DNA of 64,000 bases, taken from the NCBI GenBank assembly GCA_965200925.1, contig OZ241738.1, positions 585,774 to 649,773 on the forward strand. The letters are read 5' to 3'. This DNA is from Alphaproteobacteria bacterium. GTDB lineage: Bacteria > Pseudomonadota > Alphaproteobacteria > UBA828. A program made the position numbers and the translations under genes. This document shows, in pieces, positions 57,982 through 64,000 of the stretch (positions are counted from its first letter, which is position 1; each line of letters starts with the position of its first letter). The notes below the pieces were generated by a model. The model saw nothing but the letters and a program-made list of their open reading frames with translations. It was not told the origin of the DNA and made no database searches.

Positions 57982-58241
57982 GGTAAGCCTGCCTTTCCTT
58001 GCGCGACGCCGGGCGAGCGAAGATCAGGCGGATGCGGCCATCCCGTTCGGTATAGGCGACCACGATCACCGCCGCGCGGTCTAATACGACCGATGCTGAT
58101 GGAGCGTTCCTCGCCGTACTCCCTGCGCCGGTCGATCCGGGTCAGGACCGGTCCCTCGAAGATGCGTTAGGCAGTTTCGAATTCGACGCCGTGTTTGCGG
58201 ATGTTGACCCGATTCTTGACCTCGTCCCATTCGAATACCAT
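57964..58241 (-). pseudogene. BrnT (DUF497) toxin pseudogene
   Basis: The minus-strand ATG at 58241 gives MVFEWDEVKNRVNIRKHGVEFETA, then an in-frame TAA (58169-58167). Homology then continues as RIFEGPVLTRIDRRREYGEERSISIG, followed by a frameshift into LDRAAVIVVAYTERDGRIRLIFARPASRKERQAY. The end overlaps the brnA start. Confidence 0.7.
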
Positions 58242-58317
58242 CGTCGTTCATACTTGCAATTCGTCGTTATGACGAGGAAGGCGAGAAACTCCGCGGGAAG
58301 GCTTCGATGATCTCGGT

Positions 58318-58391
58318 TGCGCGGGTCTCGTTGCGCGCGAAGTGCGCGCCCGCCAGTGTGACGCTCGCGGGCAAGTGGAACGCGAACCTTT
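58318..58391. repeat. Right copy of the ~74-bp direct repeat flanking the brnTA remnant
   Basis: tgcgcgggtctcgttgcgcgcgaagtgcgcgc ... cgcgaaccttt, 609 bp from the left copy. Confidence 0.7.
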
Positions 58392-58434
58392 GGCTGGCGG
58401 CGCGCACACCTGGGAGCAGGGCGCGCCATTCCTG

Positions 58435-59331
58435 CTATTGGCGCTTCGCGCCGAACGCGCCGACGATGCCGCTCTGTTCGACTATCCCCGCCGCCTCCGC
58501 GTGGCCCGGCCCATAGAAGCCGCCCTGGATGCGGTTGCCGGTCAGACCGGCTTCGTAAGTGCCGTCATGGGCGACAGGTACGTCGTCGAAGCGCAGAGTC
58601 GACGTCGAGTGCGCCGCGCCGGTGTCGAGATTCCCGATGTCCGTGAAGGCCGCGTTGAGCGCGCCGCTGCCCAGCGTGTAGGTCAGGGCGGCGTCGCCTT
58701 GCAGGACGTTTCCGCGCAGCGCGCCGTCACGCGGGGTGCCGACCATGAGCCCGCGCCATGTGGCTGCCATGTCGGGCTGGATGCCGGTCAGATCACCACC
58801 GGCGATCCCGTAACGACCGGTGACGGCGATGCCTTGGGACGTTGTCCGTTCGCTTTGCACCGCGAACGCGGCGTGGTTCATCCAGGCGCCGTAGGCTTCG
58901 ATATCCTCTGCTTGGTCTTCCAGCACGGTAATCCCGTTCTTGGTGAGAATGGCTCGCGAGCTGCCCGACGAAAACTCGAGGTCATTCAGGCTGAGGGAGC
59001 CGGAAACTCCGGTCGTCGATTCTCTCCACGTGCACCGCGTTCCGGCGCAGTTCGTCCGAAACTGGATCGTCGGGAGGTCCGCATGCGATGTCTCCCCGAC
59101 GATGGTCGAGACGATGAGCGAGTCGGTGCGTTCCACGATCCCGGGCGCGCGTGCGGTCTGGTCCGCCGGAGTCTCGGCGGGGGTCTGCGAGCCGGTCAGG
59201 GCGCGCGCTCTCGCCGGGTCGGATATGGGGCGGGAACTCGCGTCGTCTCCGCCGCCCCCGCCGCACGCGGCGAGCGTGAGGAGTGTGGACGCGGCGGTGA
59301 GGGCCATGAAGAGTCTTCCAGTTTCGTGCAT
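58435..59331 (-). CDS. Lipoprotein with a TbpB/fHbp-like C-terminal beta-barrel (surface-lipoprotein type)
   Basis: From MHETGRLFMALTAASTLLTLAAC (lipobox LAAC) followed by a GGGGGDD linker. The C-terminus GNRIQGGFYGPGHAEAAGIVEQSGIVGAFGAKRQ is the hallmark ending of TbpB/HpuA/fHbp-type lipoproteins. Confidence 0.7.
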   Translation of the reverse strand: MHETGRLFMALTAASTLLTLAACGGGGGDDASSRPISDPARARALTGSQTPAETPADQTARAPGIVERTDSLIVSTIVGETSHADLPTIQFRTNCAGTRCTWRESTTGVSGSLSLNDLEFSSGSSRAILTKNGITVLEDQAEDIEAYGAWMNHAAFAVQSERTTSQGIAVTGRYGIAGGDLTGIQPDMAATWRGLMVGTPRDGALRGNVLQGDAALTYTLGSGALNAAFTDIGNLDTGAAHSTSTLRFDDVPVAHDGTYEAGLTGNRIQGGFYGPGHAEAAGIVEQSGIVGAFGAKRQ

Positions 59332-59706
59332 TTCATCCTCCGTGCGGTCGCTGCGACACCGGCATGTGCCGGGCCGTTGCAAACGCCGCACGGGTTATGT
59401 GCAGAGACCCCGCCTATTCGCCGGGCGCAGGGAGCTACCCCAAGCCGGGTCAAGGGCTGTTCTATTCAGCGGGCGACCCGACTCAGCGGGACAACCCGAA
59501 ACGACGTTTGCAAAGAGGACTTTGGCGGGGGAGGGGCGGCCAGTCAACAGAATTTCCTCGTTCAATATGTATGAGACATCCGGTGGGGCTGCGAGGAGCG
59601 GCGCGTCAAGCCGTTTCGCGGTGCCTTTGCCGCGCTCCGTCCCCGGGTGGTTCGCCGTTCCCCGAAGCTCCAGGGGCAGCCATGGCTGGAAGCGGTTTTC
59701 CAGTGT

Positions 59707-59725
59707 TCAGGACCATAAGTCCTGA
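59707..59725. terminator. Perfect 7-bp hairpin right after the permease stop (possible terminator)
   Basis: tcaggac-cataa-gtcctga, 3 nt after the TAG at 59731-59729. There is no U-run, so the assignment is tentative. Confidence 0.3.
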
Positions 59726-59728
59726 AAT

Positions 59729-60778
59729 CTAACGTTCCCGCTGTGCTTGTGCTCTACCAAGCCGGCGCCAGAGGGCGCGGGCGCGGGGGGCGACGCCTTC
59801 GGGGACAGCGAGGACGAAGAGGACGAGGATGACGCCCAGGATCAGGTTCACGTCGACGCTCTGCTGCGTGCCGAGCTCGATGGTCACGAAGCCGAGCAGC
59901 ATGGCGCCGATCAGGGGGCCGGCCAGAGTGCCCAGGCCGCCCACGACCACCCAGATGATGATCTGTGCGCTGAAGCCCAGATCGAACACGGTCGGGCTGA
60001 CATAGGCGTTCCAGTTGGCGTAGAGGACGCCGGCCAAGCCGGCCACGGCGCCGCCGATGCCGAAGGTGGCCGTCTTGTAGAATCGGGTGTCGTAACCCAG
60101 AAGCTCCGCCCGCAGCTCGTTTTCGCGCACCGCCGCCACCGCCCGCCCGAAGCGCGAGCGCATCAGCAGGCGCAGCCCGGCATAGACCAGCAGCAGGCAG
60201 ATGCCGGTGATCAGAAACATGTCTTCCGGATAGACGAACTTCGCCGGATCGCCCGGCAGGTTGATCGGTGGCAGGGCGGGCATGCCGTTGAAGCCGCCGA
60301 GATGGGCGGTGCCGATCGTGTATTCGTAGCCCGCCGTGTGGCCCAGGAACTTGTAGAAGATCAGCGAAACGACGAGGGTGATCACGGCGACGTAAACGGT
60401 GCTGATCCGCCCGTAGAACATGAAGTAGCCGAGGAAGAGGGCGAAGGCCGCCGGCAGGCCGACGCCGGCGACGAGCGCCGTCGTGCTGCCGCCCATGTTG
60501 ATGGAGACCACGGCGTAGGTGTAGCCGCCCAGGCCGTAGAACGCCGCCTGGCCGAAGCTGAAGATGCCGCCGTAGCCCCAGACCCAGCCCAAGCTCATGG
60601 CCAGGATGCCGTAGGCCATGAAGAGCGTCAGTTGCAGCAGGATGAAGATGTCGGAGACGGCGAAGGGCAGCACGGCGACGGCGAGCGCGATGGCCGCGCA
60701 GACCGCCGCCGGGCCGGCCGCGGCCGACGGAAATCGCCCCGGCGCGAGGAGACCACCGGCGGCGCGCCTCAGAGCCAT
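59729..60778 (-). CDS. Branched-chain amino acid/amide-type ABC transporter permease (LivM-like)
   Basis: 349 aa, multi-TM, with LivM-type motifs (GQAAFYGLGGY, VLYANWNAYVSP). Confidence 0.9.
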   Translation of the reverse strand: MALRRAAGGLLAPGRFPSAAAGPAAVCAAIALAVAVLPFAVSDIFILLQLTLFMAYGILAMSLGWVWGYGGIFSFGQAAFYGLGGYTYAVVSINMGGSTTALVAGVGLPAAFALFLGYFMFYGRISTVYVAVITLVVSLIFYKFLGHTAGYEYTIGTAHLGGFNGMPALPPINLPGDPAKFVYPEDMFLITGICLLLVYAGLRLLMRSRFGRAVAAVRENELRAELLGYDTRFYKTATFGIGGAVAGLAGVLYANWNAYVSPTVFDLGFSAQIIIWVVVGGLGTLAGPLIGAMLLGFVTIELGTQQSVDVNLILGVILVLFVLAVPEGVAPRARALWRRLGRAQAQRER

Positions 60779-61635
60779 CGGCGGAAGAAGCGGCCGGTGA
60801 TGCCCTGCGGCAGCAGCCGGAGCAGGACGACGGCGGCGATCAGCAGGGCGACGTCGCCCATGACCGGCGTCGCCAGGAAGGTGGTGGCCTGGTTCACGGT
60901 GCCGAACAGGGCGGCCGCCGACGAGGTGCCGGCGACGATCGCCTCGCCGCCGCCGATGACGGTGATGAATGCCTTGGCGATGAAGGCGACGCCCATGGTC
61001 GGCAGCAGGCCGGTCACCGGTGCGAGCGCGGCGCCGGCCAGGCCGGTGAGCGCGGCGCCGACGCCGAAGGTGATGGTGTAGACGCGCTGCGGGCTGATCC
61101 CGAGCGCCGCCGCCATGTCGGCGTTCTGCATCGTGCCGCGGGCGATCAACCCGGCGCGCGACCAGCGCAGCACCACGAAGATGGCTGCGACCACGAGGAC
61201 GCCCAGGAAGATGACGAACAGCCGGTACTGGCTCTCCGCGAATTCGCCGATCTCGAAGCTGCCGAGCGGCGACACCACGCTCTCGGTGGCGTTGCCGAAG
61301 ATCGTGGTGACGATGCCGATGAAGAGCAGGCTCAGGCCCCAGGTGGCGATGAGCGTGTCCATCATGCGGCCGTAGAGGAAGCGGACGATGAAACGCTCGA
61401 CGATCACGCCCACGAGGCCGACGAAGAGCGGGGCGATGACCAGCATGGAGACCCAGAAGTCGATGCCCGCCTTGGTCGAGACGACGACCGCATAGGCGCC
61501 GAGCATCAGGAACTCGCCATGGGCCAGGTTGATGACCCGCATCATGCCGAAGATGACCGCCAACCCCGCGCTGATCAGCGCGAGACTGGCGACCGTGTAG
61601 CCGATCTGGACGGCGATGATGCCGACCAGGTCCAT
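60769..61635 (-). CDS. Branched-chain amino acid/amide-type ABC transporter permease (LivH-like)
   Basis: 288 aa. GMMRVINLAHGEFLMLGAY is the LivH signature region. It overlaps livM-like by 10 nt. Confidence 0.9.
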   Translation of the reverse strand: MDLVGIIAVQIGYTVASLALISAGLAVIFGMMRVINLAHGEFLMLGAYAVVVSTKAGIDFWVSMLVIAPLFVGLVGVIVERFIVRFLYGRMMDTLIATWGLSLLFIGIVTTIFGNATESVVSPLGSFEIGEFAESQYRLFVIFLGVLVVAAIFVVLRWSRAGLIARGTMQNADMAAALGISPQRVYTITFGVGAALTGLAGAALAPVTGLLPTMGVAFIAKAFITVIGGGEAIVAGTSSAAALFGTVNQATTFLATPVMGDVALLIAAVVLLRLLPQGITGRFFRRWL

Positions 61636-61658
61636 GGCTGGACCGGAGTCGGTCGAGG

Positions 61659-62900
61659 TCAGTCGACCTCGATCCGGTATTGCGTGGCCTGGTCCGGGTT
61701 GGCGATCAGGTCGCAGACCGTGGCCGTGTCGTCGGGGGTGCGGTTTTCGGCGACCTCAACGATGTCGAACCGGCCGTCGCGAACTTCGGCGATCGCCGCG
61801 CTCATCACCGTGTGGTGGGTGGGCGGATCGACGGTGACCGTCCCGCCCGGCCCGTCGGTCGAGATGCCGGTTTCCAGAGCCTCGATCACCGGCATCCGGT
61901 CGATCGTGCCGGCCGCCTCCACGGCCTTCTTCCAGAGATGGACCGAGTTGTAGGTGCAGATCGCCAGCGTGCCGATCTCCTGGGCGTCGGCGCCGAAGCG
62001 GGCCCGCCACTTCTCCAGGAAGGCCGCGTTCGCCGGCGTGTCGATGGTCTGGAAGTAGTGGTAGGAACACATGATGCCCTCGGCCTCCTCGGCCGAGACG
62101 AAGGCCTTCTCCCACGGCCCGAAGACGGTCGAGGCGACCGGAATCTTGTCCTGCATCCCCGCCGCCGGCCATTGCCGGTAGAAGCCGATGTGGTTGCCGC
62201 CGACCAGGGCGGAGACCACCAGGTCCGGGTCCGCCTGCTGGATCTTGGTGATGGTGGAGGCGAAGTCGCCCACGTCGAGCGGGAAGAACTCCTCGGCGAT
62301 CACCTCGCCGCCGAAGTCCTTGGCGTATTTCTTGATCCAGTCGGCGGTGATCTGGCCGTAGATGTAGTCGGCGGCGATGGTGTAGACGGTCTTCGCGCCG
62401 AACTTGTCCATCGCGTATTTCAGCAGTGGGCCGTTGATCTGAGCCGGGGTCTCGGCGTTGCAGAAGCAGGTCCTGTCGCAGACGCCGCCTTCGTAGAAGG
62501 TGCTGTAGAAATAGAGTTTCCTGAAGCGGTCGAAGACCGGTCGGATGGATTCGCGGGAGGCGCTGGTGATGCCGCCGAAGACCACGTCTACCCGGTCGCT
62601 CGTCGACAGGCGCTGCGCGTATTGCGAGTAGTTCGCCATGGTCGACTGGGCGTCGTATTCGATCAGCTCGAGCTGCTGCCCGAGGACGCCGCCGGCGGCG
62701 TTGATCTCCTCCACCGCGAACACCAGGGCGTCCGCCATTTCGTTGCCGTAGATGCCGATCACGCCGGTGCGGTCGTGCAGGCCGCCGACCTTGATGGTGT
62801 CGGCCCGCGCGGGGCGGGCGATCATCGCCGGTGCCGCGACGGCGGCCGCGCCACCGATGCCGGCCGCCTTGAGGAACGTGCGGCGGTTGACTCTGCTCAT
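61659..62900 (-). CDS. Periplasmic substrate-binding protein, AmiC/FmdD (urea/short-chain amide)-like, Tat signal
   Basis: Twin-arginine signal MSRVNRRTFLKAAGIGGAAAVAAPAMIARPARA. IKVGGLHDRTGVIGIYG...AVEEINAAGGVLG...YFYSTFYEGGVCD resembles the amide/urea-binding subgroup of type I PBPs. Confidence 0.85.
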   Translation of the reverse strand: MSRVNRRTFLKAAGIGGAAAVAAPAMIARPARADTIKVGGLHDRTGVIGIYGNEMADALVFAVEEINAAGGVLGQQLELIEYDAQSTMANYSQYAQRLSTSDRVDVVFGGITSASRESIRPVFDRFRKLYFYSTFYEGGVCDRTCFCNAETPAQINGPLLKYAMDKFGAKTVYTIAADYIYGQITADWIKKYAKDFGGEVIAEEFFPLDVGDFASTITKIQQADPDLVVSALVGGNHIGFYRQWPAAGMQDKIPVASTVFGPWEKAFVSAEEAEGIMCSYHYFQTIDTPANAAFLEKWRARFGADAQEIGTLAICTYNSVHLWKKAVEAAGTIDRMPVIEALETGISTDGPGGTVTVDPPTHHTVMSAAIAEVRDGRFDIVEVAENRTPDDTATVCDLIANPDQATQYRIEVD

Positions 62901-63019
62901 GGCTGTTCTCCCTGGCTGGTATGCCGCCGATGGTAGCCGCCCCCGCCGCCGGCGACAATCGCACCGGGCCGGCCGGGGCCGCTTGCCCGCCGGCGCGGGC
63001 TCTGGGAGGATCGGGCACG

Positions 63020-63625
63020 GTGGCGGCGAGCGACAGAAAGCGCAGGGACGACCGGCGCGCGCGCATCATCGACGCGGCCGCGGTCCGCTTCGCAAGAGCG
63101 GGCTACAGCGCCACGTCGGTGCGCGACATCGCGACCGCGGCGGGCATCCTGCCAGGCTCCCTGTACTACCACTTCTCTTCCAAGGAAGACCTGCTGGCGG
63201 CCGTTCACGAGAGCGGCATCCAGCGCATCAAGGAGAAGGTGCTGGCGGCCGTGGAGACGGCGGGCGATCCGTGGTCCAGGCTGGAGGCCGCCTGTGCCGC
63301 CCATGTCGAGGCGTTGCACCGGGCGGGGGACTACGGCTCCGTCATCGCCACCGAGTTCCCGCGCCGCCACTCGCCGAAGCTCCGCGCCCGCATGATCGCC
63401 GAGCGCGACGACTACGAGGAAGTCTTCCGCCGCCTGATCGATGCGCTCCCTCTGCCGCCCGGAAAGAGCCGCAAATATCTCCGCCTCTCGCTGATCGGCG
63501 CCATGGCCTGGTCGATCGCGTGGTACGCGCCCGGCGAGGATTCGGCGCGGGAGATCGCGCGGCAGATCGTCAACCTGTTCCGCCCGGCGGAGAAAGGCGG
63601 GCCCGCGGCGGTCGACGGCGCGTAG
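63020..63625 (+). CDS. TetR-family transcriptional regulator
   Basis: HTH region RIIDAAAVRFARAGYSATSVRDIATAAGILPGSLYYHFSSKEDLL. I chose the GTG at 63020 (GGAGGA SD) because the track start at 62921 would leave only 20 nt to the divergent SBP gene. Confidence 0.8.
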   Translation: MAASDRKRRDDRRARIIDAAAVRFARAGYSATSVRDIATAAGILPGSLYYHFSSKEDLLAAVHESGIQRIKEKVLAAVETAGDPWSRLEAACAAHVEALHRAGDYGSVIATEFPRRHSPKLRARMIAERDDYEEVFRRLIDALPLPPGKSRKYLRLSLIGAMAWSIAWYAPGEDSAREIARQIVNLFRPAEKGGPAAVDGA

Positions 63626-63670
63626 CGGACGGGCGATGATCGAACGCCGCGGCAGGGGGAGGGTGCCATC

Positions 63671-64000
63671 ATGGCGGATGGACAACGGACGTTGATCCTC
63701 ACCGGCGCGAGCCAGGGGATCGGCCACGCGACGGTCAAGCGCTTCAGCGCCGCCGGCTGGCGCGTGATCACCGGCTCCCGCCGGGCCTTCTCCGAGGATT
63801 GCCCGTGGGAGGCGGGGCCGGAGGACCACATCCAGATCGACCTGTCCGACCCGCGGGACGTGGAGCGCGGCATCGGCGAGATGCGCGCCCGCCTCGCCGG
63901 CGCGCCGCTCAGCGCCCTGGTCAACAACGCCGGGATTTCACCGAAGGGGCCGGACGGCGTGCGGCTCGACAGCCTGAACACCGAACTCGACCTGTGGCGC
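63671..64000 (+). CDS. Short-chain dehydrogenase/reductase (partial, runs off the right edge)
   Basis: The ATG at 63671 gives MADGQRTLILTGASQGIGHATVKRF... with TGxxxGIG and NNAG motifs. There is no stop within the window, so it is absent from the ORF track. Confidence 0.75.
   Translation, partial: MADGQRTLILTGASQGIGHATVKRFSAAGWRVITGSRRAFSEDCPWEAGPEDHIQIDLSDPRDVERGIGEMRARLAGAPLSALVNNAGISPKGPDGVRLDSLNTELDLWR

Overview
High-GC, gene-dense chromosomal DNA. PopZ/DUF2497-like, HIG1-like, DUF1489 and DUF1326 genes and CTTGAC-type promoters suggest an alphaproteobacterium. I support about 55 protein-coding genes and found no rRNA, tRNA, CRISPR array, transposase or integrase. Housekeeping and metabolic genes (valS, pepA, holC, pckA, xthA, a Liu-type carboxyltransferase/hydratase pair, CoA-ligase/CoA-transferase, ABC transporters, a glycosyltransferase cluster) are interrupted by several more AT-rich accessory patches. 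(1) A 7.5-kb defence island (11574-19083), bounded by a perfect 17-bp direct repeat, sits between a coxS-like gene and an isochorismatase-family gene. It carries a frameshifted type IIG restriction-methylase followed by an overlapping DUF262 / DUF3696-ATPase / unknown 319-aa triad. A relic copy of the methylase 3' end lies after the triad, which points to cassette capture by recombination. This triad is my best candidate for an undescribed system. (2) Two translationally coupled STAND/AAA+ ATPases, one with wHTH and near-identical TPR repeats, lie behind an AT-rich promoter/operator. (3) A G15 tract fills the -35/-10 spacer of a 1503-aa autotransporter promoter, making it a phase-variation candidate. 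(4) There are two decayed toxin-antitoxin loci. One has its truncated antitoxin in frame with pckA, and the other (brnTA) is flanked by 74-bp direct repeats. (5) Other items are a TbpB/fHbp-like surface lipoprotein, an orphan SPPY DNA methyltransferase, and an ABC exporter with a triplicated post-Q-loop segment next to a cNMP-binding protein. Many very long ORFs in the track are antisense or out-of-frame artefacts of high GC. All homology calls come from motif recognition by eye; no searches or computations were run.
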